From positions 1-18,500 of the forward strand of contig CAYRWJ010000019.1 in NCBI GenBank assembly GCA_964427985.1: a stretch of 18,500 nucleotides of DNA, given 5' to 3'. The first letter of the stretch is position 1, and the number at the start of each line of letters is the position of its first letter. This document shows, piece by piece, positions 8,075 to 15,520 of the stretch. Made by a program: the position numbers and the translations under genes. The notes under the pieces were generated by a model, which did no database searches, was not told where the DNA came from, and worked only from the letters and a program-made list of their open reading frames with translations. This DNA comes from an uncultured Methanosarcinales archaeon (GTDB lineage: Archaea > Nanobdellota > Nanobdellia > Woesearchaeales > JABIAG01).

Positions 8075-8800
8075 ATGATTATAGATATGTTAAAAGAAAT
8101 TGGGTTAAGTATAACTGAGGCAAAAGTATATTTAGCTTTACTTGAATTAGGTTCAGCTCTTGCGGGAGAGATAACAAAAAAGTCAGAAGTAAATAGAACA
8201 AATGTTTATGATGCGTTAGAACGCTTAATTGAAAAAGGGTTGGTTACCTACGTAATTAGTGCTAATAGGAAGGTGTTTGAGGCAGTACATCCTTCAAGAT
8301 TAAAAGAAATTTTGAAGGAAAAAGAAAACAATCTTAAAAAAGAAATGGGTTTGTTAGAATCTTTATATTCGGATAATAAAGAAAAAGAGGAAGCGATAAT
8401 ATACAAAGGAAAAAAAGGACTAAAATCAGTATTTGAAGATATACTTAATGAAAGCAAAACAATTTATGGTTATGGTGCAGAAGGCAAGTTTGTACAAATG
8501 TTTGGTCCTTATGCTGAAAACTGGCAAAAAAGAAGGATTAATAAAAAAATAAAAATGAACATAATCTGGACTGAAAAAGTGAGATCTAGAAAAATACAAA
8601 ATGTCAATAAACTGGAGCTGGTAAATAAACGCTTTATACCAAACACCTATGATTTTCCCTCAACTATTGCAATTTATGGCAATAAAACAGTAACAATAGT
8701 TTGGAGTGAACAACCTTTTGCATTTATGATTAAAAGTCAAGAAGTTGTTAAAAGTAATATTAACTTCTTTAAGATGTTATGGAAGATAGCTAAGGATTGA
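8075..8800 (+). CDS. TrmB-like winged-helix transcriptional regulator, paralog 3
   Basis: MIIDMLKEIGLSITEAKVYLALLELGSA...VYDALERLIEKGLVT. Start moved from 8006 to ATG 8075, by alignment with the N-termini of paralogs 1, 2 and 4 and because a TATA-like CTTATATAC is centred ~25 nt upstream (ATG 8087 also possible). Confidence 0.75.
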   Translation: MIIDMLKEIGLSITEAKVYLALLELGSALAGEITKKSEVNRTNVYDALERLIEKGLVTYVISANRKVFEAVHPSRLKEILKEKENNLKKEMGLLESLYSDNKEKEEAIIYKGKKGLKSVFEDILNESKTIYGYGAEGKFVQMFGPYAENWQKRRINKKIKMNIIWTEKVRSRKIQNVNKLELVNKRFIPNTYDFPSTIAIYGNKTVTIVWSEQPFAFMIKSQEVVKSNINFFKMLWKIAKD

Positions 8801-8882
8801 GTAATAATTATAAAACTAATTTTGAGGTATTATGGAAAAGTTCTAAAAAATATGACTTAACCAACCTATCTCTTAGTTAAAT

Positions 8883-10010
8883 TTAAATTTTACTAAACAC
8901 TTTTTCTCCATTTTTAATGCTAACTTCTTTGTAAACATCATTGCTAAGTACTGGGTCTCCATTTTCATCAAAATCCCATTTTGCTACTTTACCATCCCAG
9001 TTATTGTTAACTAAATAACTTTTAATGCAGGTAGTGTTTTCTTCACAAGTTAGTATGGCATCTTTAATGATGTATGCTGCATCATACATTGCAGCAGTAT
9101 GGAAAAAGTGAAATCCTGGTTTTTCTCCATAGGTTGTAATGTATTTTTGCAATAATTCTTCATTTTCAGCAAAAGGAAATACTGAAAAAGCATCGTTAGG
9201 AAGCGCTTTATCTGATTTCTCATAAACTGCAGTATCAATTACAGTTGGAGGTCCCATTATCTTTACTTTATTTAACAAACCAGATTCTTTCATCTGTTTT
9301 AAAATTCTTGCAGAGTCTTGAGCTGCTAATCCTGCTACAAAAACACCATCTACATTTTTAGAATCAATTTTGGTAATTATTGTTCTAAAATCAGTTGTTC
9401 CTGTTGGAAAGCTTTCAGTTAAAACAATTGAACCGCCTTTTTCCTTAAAGCTAGTTGCAAATTCATCAGCCCAACTTTTTGTGAATTCAGTTTGTTCAAC
9501 AATCATTGCAATACGATTTAATTCATATTTTTCTTTTGCTATTTCCCCAATAATTTTTGCTGCTTCTGTTGCTGCGGGAGATATTCTGAAAGCATATTCA
9601 AAATTATCGAAAAAACCAGTAGCAGTAGTTGTTGCTGCTAATATAATTATTTTATTTTCATTAGTTATAGGAGCAACAGGTCCGGATGCAGGAGTGCAAC
9701 TTGGTCCAAGAATAATTTTTATATCTTGAGCTAAAAGTTTGTTGGCTGCAGTAACAGCAGCATTTCCTGAACACATATCGTCTTCTAAGATAAATTCAAT
9801 TTGTTTTCCATTAACTCCACCTTCATTGTTAATTTCATCAATAGCAATCTTTGCAAAATTGGCTTCTGTAGTTCCTCCAACTGCCCAACCGCCAGTTAGA
9901 GCAAATAGGCCTCCAATTTTAATAGTATCGTTTTCTTCTACTTTATTTGAACATCCAACTAAAGTTATTAAAATCAATAGTAATATTGTTATAATTTTTA
10001 TTTTATTCAT
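8883..10010 (-). CDS. LivK-like substrate-binding lipoprotein, SBP4
   Basis: MNKIKIITILLLILITLVGCSNK carries the lipobox. IKIGGLFALTGGWAVGG, AIDEINNEGGVNGKQIEFILED and ILGP are classic Leu/Ile/Val-binding-family motifs. AGAGGTAAAAAC lies upstream of the ATG. Confidence 0.85.
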   Translation of the reverse strand: MNKIKIITILLLILITLVGCSNKVEENDTIKIGGLFALTGGWAVGGTTEANFAKIAIDEINNEGGVNGKQIEFILEDDMCSGNAAVTAANKLLAQDIKIILGPSCTPASGPVAPITNENKIIILAATTTATGFFDNFEYAFRISPAATEAAKIIGEIAKEKYELNRIAMIVEQTEFTKSWADEFATSFKEKGGSIVLTESFPTGTTDFRTIITKIDSKNVDGVFVAGLAAQDSARILKQMKESGLLNKVKIMGPPTVIDTAVYEKSDKALPNDAFSVFPFAENEELLQKYITTYGEKPGFHFFHTAAMYDAAYIIKDAILTCEENTTCIKSYLVNNNWDGKVAKWDFDENGDPVLSNDVYKEVSIKNGEKVFSKI

Positions 10011-10047
10011 AGTTTTTACCTCTTTTTTTATTGTTTTTACCTCTATT

Positions 10048-10089
10048 GTGGGGTAACCAAATGGAGTATATAATACGTTGTTGTCATAA
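10048..10089. promoter_or_regulatory. Conserved intergenic block B, copy 3
   Basis: GTGGGGTAACCAAATGGAGTATATAATACGTTGTTGTCATAA. It shares GTTGT(C/T)ATAATCTG with 2152-2165 of cassette 1. Confidence 0.5.
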
Positions 10090-10140
10090 TCTGACTACAA
10101 ACAGAAAAGTTTAATAATCAGTTAAAGTTTAAAGTTTAAC

Positions 10141-10869
10141 ATGGACGTTTATTCAGCATTAATGGAATTTGGATTGGAAAACAGAGAAACTAAAGTTTAT
10201 ACTGCTTTATTAGAATTAGGTCCAACAACAGCGTCACAACTAGCAAAAAAAGTGAGTATTCTAAGGCCTACAATGTATGAAGTTCTTAATAGAATGATGC
10301 AAAAAGGGGTAATAAGTAGTTCTATAAGTGGGGGGAAAAAAATATTTGAAGCAATAAAACCTAAAATTTTATTGCAAATTCTTGATGATAAGAAAAAAAT
10401 TCTTCAAGATTTTATTCCCGAATTGGAAGAATTAGTTAAAGTGGGACATACCGAACAAAAGGTAAGCACTTTTTTTGGAGAAAAAGGATTAAAAACAATA
10501 TATGATGATATGTTAGTTGAAGGAAAGACAATTTATCATATTTTAAATTATGTAGAACATTCAAAAGTATTTAAATTATATTGGACACAAAATTTTATTA
10601 AAAAAAGATTAGAAAAAGGAATACAATTTAAAGCAATAGTAAGTAAAATAATTGATAAAGAACTTGAAAAAACAGATAAAGCACGATTAAGAGAAATAAG
10701 AAAACTAAAAAAAGTAGAAGAGTTTAAAGCATCATTATTCATTTATGGAAATAAATGTGGTTTTTTTACAACAAAAGATAGTTTAATTGGTGTTTTAATT
10801 GAAAGCCCAACAATAACTGCGTCTCTAAAAATAATGTTTAACATATTGTGGAAGATAGCTAAGGATTAA
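10141..10869 (+). CDS. TrmB-like winged-helix transcriptional regulator, paralog 4 (242 aa)
   Basis: LMEFGLENRETKVYTALLELGPTTASQLA...MYEVLNRMMQKGVIS. The C-terminus ILWKIAKD is shared with paralog 3. Confidence 0.8.
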   Translation: MDVYSALMEFGLENRETKVYTALLELGPTTASQLAKKVSILRPTMYEVLNRMMQKGVISSSISGGKKIFEAIKPKILLQILDDKKKILQDFIPELEELVKVGHTEQKVSTFFGEKGLKTIYDDMLVEGKTIYHILNYVEHSKVFKLYWTQNFIKKRLEKGIQFKAIVSKIIDKELEKTDKARLREIRKLKKVEEFKASLFIYGNKCGFFTTKDSLIGVLIESPTITASLKIMFNILWKIAKD

Positions 10870-10900
10870 TCTTTTTAAAGAATAAATTTACATTACTGTC

Positions 10901-11779
10901 TCAGGAAGAATCTAATTCTACTCTTCCAAAGAAACCTTTAGGTCTATAAACTAAAATTAGTAAAAGTAATAACGCATAAATTATCTGCCTCATTGGGCCA
11001 ACAATACTAGAAGGAAAACCAATAAATCTTAAAGGTTCAGGAAGAAGTATTAAAATAATAGTTGCTATGGTTGTGCCTTTTAAAGATGCCAATCCTCCAA
11101 TGATTACAATAGCAATAACTGGAATAATTTGCATTAATGTAAAAGAAGAAGGATCAATAAATGTAATATAATGAGCATATAAACTTCCCGCAATTCCTGC
11201 AAAGAAAGCACTAATTCCCATAACATACATTTTCATCTTAAAAGTATTCTTACCAAGAGTTTTACTTGCTAATTCATCATCTCTAATAGATTCTAAAACT
11301 TTGCCAAAAGGAGATTTAATTATTTGTCTGATAACAAAATAAGTTATAATGCATATTATTATTGTTAAAATGAGAAAAGAAAAATTGTTTGTTATAGCTA
11401 AACCAAAAAAGTTAGGTTTAGGGATGCCTGGAATACCCAACGGCCCCCTAGTTAAAGAAACCCAATTTAATAATACTGCGTAGATAACAAAGAAGAATCC
11501 CAAAGTAGCTAAAGCAAGATAATCTCCTTTAAGTTTATTCAAAGGAAGAGATAATAAAAAACCAAATAACATTGCGACAATTCCTGCTGAAATAAAAGCA
11601 ATACTGAATGGAACTCCATTCATAACCATTAAAGCAGAAGTATAAGCACCAATACCATAAAAAGCAACATGGCCTATGTTAAGTAAACCACTATAACCAA
11701 TAGTAAGCTGTAAAGATAATGCTAAAATGAGATAAATACCTACCAAGATAGCTAAATGAATAAAATATGCTTCAATCAT
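10901..11779 (-). CDS. livM: Branched-chain amino acid ABC transporter permease, LivM type
   Basis: A polytopic membrane protein with the LivM-like SGLLNIGHVAFYGIGAYTSA motif. GAGG lies 6 nt upstream of the ATG. Confidence 0.85.
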   Translation of the reverse strand: MIEAYFIHLAILVGIYLILALSLQLTIGYSGLLNIGHVAFYGIGAYTSALMVMNGVPFSIAFISAGIVAMLFGFLLSLPLNKLKGDYLALATLGFFFVIYAVLLNWVSLTRGPLGIPGIPKPNFFGLAITNNFSFLILTIIICIITYFVIRQIIKSPFGKVLESIRDDELASKTLGKNTFKMKMYVMGISAFFAGIAGSLYAHYITFIDPSSFTLMQIIPVIAIVIIGGLASLKGTTIATIILILLPEPLRFIGFPSSIVGPMRQIIYALLLLLILVYRPKGFFGRVELDSS

Positions 11780-12197
11780 GTTTTTCCTCTAAATTTTTTT
11801 TAACTTGATAGATTGCATCTTTTAAATCAGTTATTAAATCTTTTGCTTCGATAGCATTAACTCTTTTTTTATAATAATTAATTCCATTTCTGATTTTTCT
11901 TAAATAATTAAATTTTATAGATAATTCATTTAAATTTAAAAATTCAGATATAAAAGAACAATAACATTCATGATTTTTTATTTTAAATCCATTTCTCATT
12001 GCTAAAGCTTCAAGAAACATTCTTAATATGTCATAGAAATCACAAACAATAGTTTCTGCGCTAAGGTTATTAATTTCTAAAGAATCAATAAATTTAAATT
12101 TTTCATCCGCTTTCTCTTTTAAAACCTTAATTAATAGTTTATCAACAAAAACGTCATCTTTCACAAATTTTTCTTTTTTACATTCAATCCAATCCAT
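11772..12197 (-). CDS. HEPN-like domain protein, putative toxin partner of the adjacent nucleotidyltransferase (141 aa)
   Basis: An all-helical-looking 141-aa protein immediately downstream of a minimal NTase (TAATG overlap). It has an ...KNHE... segment and a C-terminal LRKIRNGINYY segment. Its stop overlaps the livM start. The family call rests mostly on the conserved MNT-HEPN gene pairing. Confidence 0.55.
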   Translation of the reverse strand: MDWIECKKEKFVKDDVFVDKLLIKVLKEKADEKFKFIDSLEINNLSAETIVCDFYDILRMFLEALAMRNGFKIKNHECYCSFISEFLNLNELSIKFNYLRKIRNGINYYKKRVNAIEAKDLITDLKDAIYQVKKNLEEKHD

Positions 12198-12679
12198 TAT
12201 ATTATTAACCCTTTTTTTATATTTTTAATTAACTCTTCACTTTTGGCTGCATTTTTGAAAAATAATTGAATTTCTCGTTTCAATAGTTTTTCAGCTTTGG
12301 ATAAATCAATTTTTTTCTCAGGTAAATCAATAAATAAGTCTACATCTGAATTGATAGTATTTTCAACTTTAAATAATGAACCAAATAATGTTATTGGTTT
12401 AAACATTAACTCTTCTCTTAAAGGTTCTAAAACTTTTGTTAATCTTTTTCTCCAAAAAGCTTTAGTTAAATCTTTGAAAAAATCTGAAGTTTTGTTTGCC
12501 CTGAACATTAAATAAATTCTATCCTGTTTTTTTATTAATAATTCTTCTTTAGCAAATTGATTTAATAGTTTAGATGCAGTTGGCGGACTAATATCTTGCA
12601 TTCTTGCATATTCTCTTACAGAAATTTCTCTATAAACATCTTCGAAAAAAGGTTTTAAATTATTAAATATACTTAACAT
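12197..12679 (-). CDS. Winged-helix + minimal nucleotidyltransferase (MNT) fusion, putative antitoxin (160 aa)
   Basis: The N-terminal HTH-like segment is ISVREYARMQDISPPTASKLLNQFAKEELLIKK. The NTase motif is LFGSLFKVENTINSDVDLFIDL (GS...DxD). Confidence 0.75.
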   Translation of the reverse strand: MLSIFNNLKPFFEDVYREISVREYARMQDISPPTASKLLNQFAKEELLIKKQDRIYLMFRANKTSDFFKDLTKAFWRKRLTKVLEPLREELMFKPITLFGSLFKVENTINSDVDLFIDLPEKKIDLSKAEKLLKREIQLFFKNAAKSEELIKNIKKGLII

Positions 12680-12698
12680 ATGTTAAATATACTTAACA
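12663..12698. repeat. Tandem direct repeat, 2 x 16 nt (TTAAATATACTTAACA), period 20, straddling the MNT start codon
   Basis: Copies at 12663-12678 (first codons of the MNT gene) and 12683-12698 (immediately 5' of the ATG). The unit is near-palindromic (TTAAGTATATTTAA on the coding strand). Confidence 0.8.
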
Positions 12699-12746
12699 CT
12701 TGTTAATAAATGTTTCTATTTTAAAAGAAAAAATAAAAATTTTGTT

Positions 12747-13832
12747 TTATTCAATTGGAATAATTTCACCATCTTTAATAACGTGGATTGCATAGCTTTT
12801 TCCAATAGTGTCTCCATTCTCATCAAAGTTAGTAGTTCCCGTAGCACCTTTCCAATCTTTCACATTATATAACCATGCTTTAGCCTCTTCAATATTCCCA
12901 TTATTCTTAATTAAAGCTTCTAAAGTTAATAAGGTACAATCATAAATTCCTGAAGCAAAATACCCTGGTTCACTATCATATTTTATTTTATGTGTTGCAA
13001 CAAATTCTTTTAATTCTTCAGAATCTGGATCAACATAATAAGGAAAAAGAACGTCCTCTCCTAATTCCAAATCTTCTGTTTTTAAAATACTCATAAAGTT
13101 CTCAGAACCAATTAAGGGTAAGTTAATATCCAGTTCTTTAATCTCTTTAAGAATTGTAGGATAATGGTGCGAAATAACTACTAAAACATCTGGATTTTTA
13201 TTTTTTATTTTAATAAGTTGTGTTTTAAAATTTAAAGAAGTAACATCAAAACTTTCAGTAATAACAACTTCTCCCCCATTTTTTTCAACTTGGTTGATTA
13301 TAACTTCTTTAAGTCCGGTTCCATAATCATTAAGAATGTTTAATATTGCCACTTTTTCATATCCTTTTTCTGCAATAAGATCCGCAATATCATTACCCTG
13401 ATATAAATCGGAAGGATAAATTCTAAAAACATAATCTCCTGCATTGGTTATATCTGGACTACTTCCTCCTGTGATTAAAAGAACTTTATTTTCTTCAGCA
13501 ATTGGGGCCATAGCAAGAGTTTCGCTAGAACTTCCCGGAATAATCGCTTTAACTTGATCAATGTTAATTAGTTTTTGAGCAGCAGCAACGGATTTAGTAG
13601 AATCAAGTTGAGAATCTTCAATAATAAGTTTAACATCAACATTGTATTCCTTTTCAATTTTTTCAATACCTAATTGTAATGCTTTTTCAAAACCTTGTCC
13701 ATAATCTGCAGCAGGTCCTGTTAAGGGAATGACTGCACCAATTTTTATTGTTTCTTTTTCTTCTACTTCTTTAGAACAACCAATTAAAGTTATTAATGTA
13801 AGTAATAATAATATTGTAATTATTTTTTTCAT
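12747..13832 (-). CDS. LivK-like substrate-binding lipoprotein, SBP5 (no paired regulator)
   Basis: MKKIITILLLLTLITLIGCSKE carries the lipobox. IKIGAVIPLTGPAADYGQG, KLIIEDSQLD and NPDVLVV are also present. AGAGGTAAC lies upstream of the ATG. It sits between livH and the MNT/HEPN pair. Confidence 0.85.
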   Translation of the reverse strand: MKKIITILLLLTLITLIGCSKEVEEKETIKIGAVIPLTGPAADYGQGFEKALQLGIEKIEKEYNVDVKLIIEDSQLDSTKSVAAAQKLINIDQVKAIIPGSSSETLAMAPIAEENKVLLITGGSSPDITNAGDYVFRIYPSDLYQGNDIADLIAEKGYEKVAILNILNDYGTGLKEVIINQVEKNGGEVVITESFDVTSLNFKTQLIKIKNKNPDVLVVISHHYPTILKEIKELDINLPLIGSENFMSILKTEDLELGEDVLFPYYVDPDSEELKEFVATHKIKYDSEPGYFASGIYDCTLLTLEALIKNNGNIEEAKAWLYNVKDWKGATGTTNFDENGDTIGKSYAIHVIKDGEIIPIE

Positions 13833-13886
13833 TCTTGTTACCTCTGGTTTAATTCATTATTAATTTATTTATTCTTAAATGTTGTG

Positions 13887-14759
13887 TTAATCTTTCTTTT
13901 TTATACCCAAAATGCCTGTTGGTTTAAATATTAAAAATATGAATAATATTACAAAAGCAATAGCATCCTTATATCCTGAAGGAAGATACCAAATACCATA
14001 ATTTTCTGCAAAGCCAAGTAAGAATGAACCAAGAACTGCGCCTGGAACAGAACCAATACCCCCAATAATCGCACCAGTAAACCCCTTAATAATAAGATTA
14101 GTTCCCATTGTAGGTTCTAAATTTTGTTCTAACCCAATAAGTATCCCTGCAATACCTGCAATGGTAGAACCTAAAACCATCGCCCACATATAAATACGTT
14201 CAGAAGAAATGCCAACAATTGAAGCAACATCTTTATTATCACTAACTGCTCTCATTGCTTTACCTAACTTAGTCTTTTTCATAAAAAAATATAAAGAAAT
14301 AAGCAAAATCGCAGCTACAATTATAATTACAACTTGTAAAGGAGTTATGATAGCACCCATAAATTCCATACCCTTAGCAACTTTTAAATAACCAATAGTT
14401 TTAACATCAGCACCAAAAAATATCAAAATAAGAGATTCAAGTAATATAAGAAGAGCAAAACTAGCAATTAATAAAATGACCGTAGATGCCTTTTTTATTC
14501 TTAACTGTTTGTAAATGTGATGCATACCATAACCTAATAGTGATGCGCAAATCAAAGCTAAAATAATAGAAAAACCAAAATTAATATTTAATATGGTAAA
14601 AAATAAGTAAAGAAAATATGCACTAAACGCAACAGTAACACCATGAGCAAAATGAATAATTTTAGATGTTGAATAAATTAAAGAAAATCCTGTGGCTACT
14701 AAAGCATAAATTGCTCCTGCAATTAAACTATTAACAAATAATTGTGCAACAATTGACAT
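13887..14759 (-). CDS. livH: Branched-chain amino acid ABC transporter permease, LivH type
   Basis: A polytopic membrane protein with the LivH-like N-terminus LIAGAIYALVATGFSLIYSTSKIIHFAHG. Confidence 0.85.
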   Translation of the reverse strand: MSIVAQLFVNSLIAGAIYALVATGFSLIYSTSKIIHFAHGVTVAFSAYFLYLFFTILNINFGFSIILALICASLLGYGMHHIYKQLRIKKASTVILLIASFALLILLESLILIFFGADVKTIGYLKVAKGMEFMGAIITPLQVVIIIVAAILLISLYFFMKKTKLGKAMRAVSDNKDVASIVGISSERIYMWAMVLGSTIAGIAGILIGLEQNLEPTMGTNLIIKGFTGAIIGGIGSVPGAVLGSFLLGFAENYGIWYLPSGYKDAIAFVILFIFLIFKPTGILGIKKKD

Positions 14760-14853
14760 AATAAAAAAAAATAAAGGAAGTTAATAAACTTTACTTAAAA
14801 TAACATATTTTCCTAATGCTTACTAATATTTTAATTTGGAACCAGGCAAAACC

Positions 14854-15438
14854 TTAATCATAATAAATTAAGCCAACACGACTTCCATAAGGGATAGATT
14901 CGGGAAGGGTGTTGTTCTGAATCCAATACATTTTTTTGTCTACAGTTTCAGCAGTTTCAAATACATTAATACCAAAAGATTCCATTGCAGGAAAAACATC
15001 TCCTTCGTGAGAACAGATTCCATTTTTAAGAAGTTCACAATCAATATTATTACAAAACACTTTTTTACAAGGACCTGCTGCTAAAAGAAGAAATCTTTTA
15101 TGTCCTGAGTTTTGTAATTCATCTTTTAAGTTTTTTAACAATTCATAAATAATTTGTTGACTTTTTGCGGGTAAACTTTTTTTATAACCTTCCCAAGTTA
15201 GTTCTTTACTTGGAACTTTAATAAAGATTAAATATGCTTTTTTGAAAGATTTAATTTTAGCTTCACCTTTTTTATTGAAATCATTTTTGATATTGGGACA
15301 ATGTCCGCTTATATTTGATAAACCACAATGATTTAAACACCAATCTAAAATCGATTTGCCATAAAATTTAGAAAAGGAAATCTGACTAATTGAAAGGGGG
15401 ATTGTTTCAATTTCATACTCTTTAGGAATTTCAATCAT
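14854..15438 (-). CDS. Cys-rich predicted metal-binding protein (DUF2284-like, by eye)
   Basis: Cys clusters are CLNHC...GHCP and GPCKKVFCNNIDCELLKNGIC, followed by PAMESFGINVF. This resembles the DUF2284/COG5423 pattern as I recall it; not verified. Confidence 0.45.
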   Translation of the reverse strand: MIEIPKEYEIETIPLSISQISFSKFYGKSILDWCLNHCGLSNISGHCPNIKNDFNKKGEAKIKSFKKAYLIFIKVPSKELTWEGYKKSLPAKSQQIIYELLKNLKDELQNSGHKRFLLLAAGPCKKVFCNNIDCELLKNGICSHEGDVFPAMESFGINVFETAETVDKKMYWIQNNTLPESIPYGSRVGLIYYD

Positions 15439-15520
15439 GAATGGTTTAAGTGTTATTGTTTATTTAACTTTTCCCCCCATATTAATAAGATTTAAATACT
15501 TGAATTGATAAATAAATAAA

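Noticed and set aside
8248-8457. 69-aa minus-strand ORF inside TrmB-like paralog 3
   Set aside because: Antisense shadow with an S/F/L-rich translation.
10012-10044. 21-nt-period tandem duplication of GTTTTTACCTCT (AGAGGTAAAAAC on the coding strand) upstream of SBP4
   Set aside because: The duplication is real, but the upstream copy is not followed by a start codon. It is most simply a slipped duplication of the ribosome-binding-site region with no evident function.
9050-10056. ORFs 9050-9238 (-), 9370-9729 (+) and 9739-10056 (+) overlapping SBP4
   Set aside because: One is out of frame and the others are antisense to a very well supported SBP gene. The 9739-10056 ORF also runs through the SBP4 promoter.
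10548-10742. 64-aa minus-strand ORF inside TrmB-like paralog 4
   Set aside because: Antisense shadow.
12297-12515. 72-aa plus-strand ORF inside the MNT gene
   Set aside because: Antisense to a CDS with a clear GS...DxD nucleotidyltransferase motif.
12680-12706. Tiny plus-strand ORF MLNILNTC starting at ATG 12680
   Set aside because: It is 8 codons long and arises from the near-palindromic repeat at the MNT start; no ribosome-binding site.
14209-14391. 60-aa plus-strand ORF inside livH
   Set aside because: Antisense to a clear polytopic permease gene.
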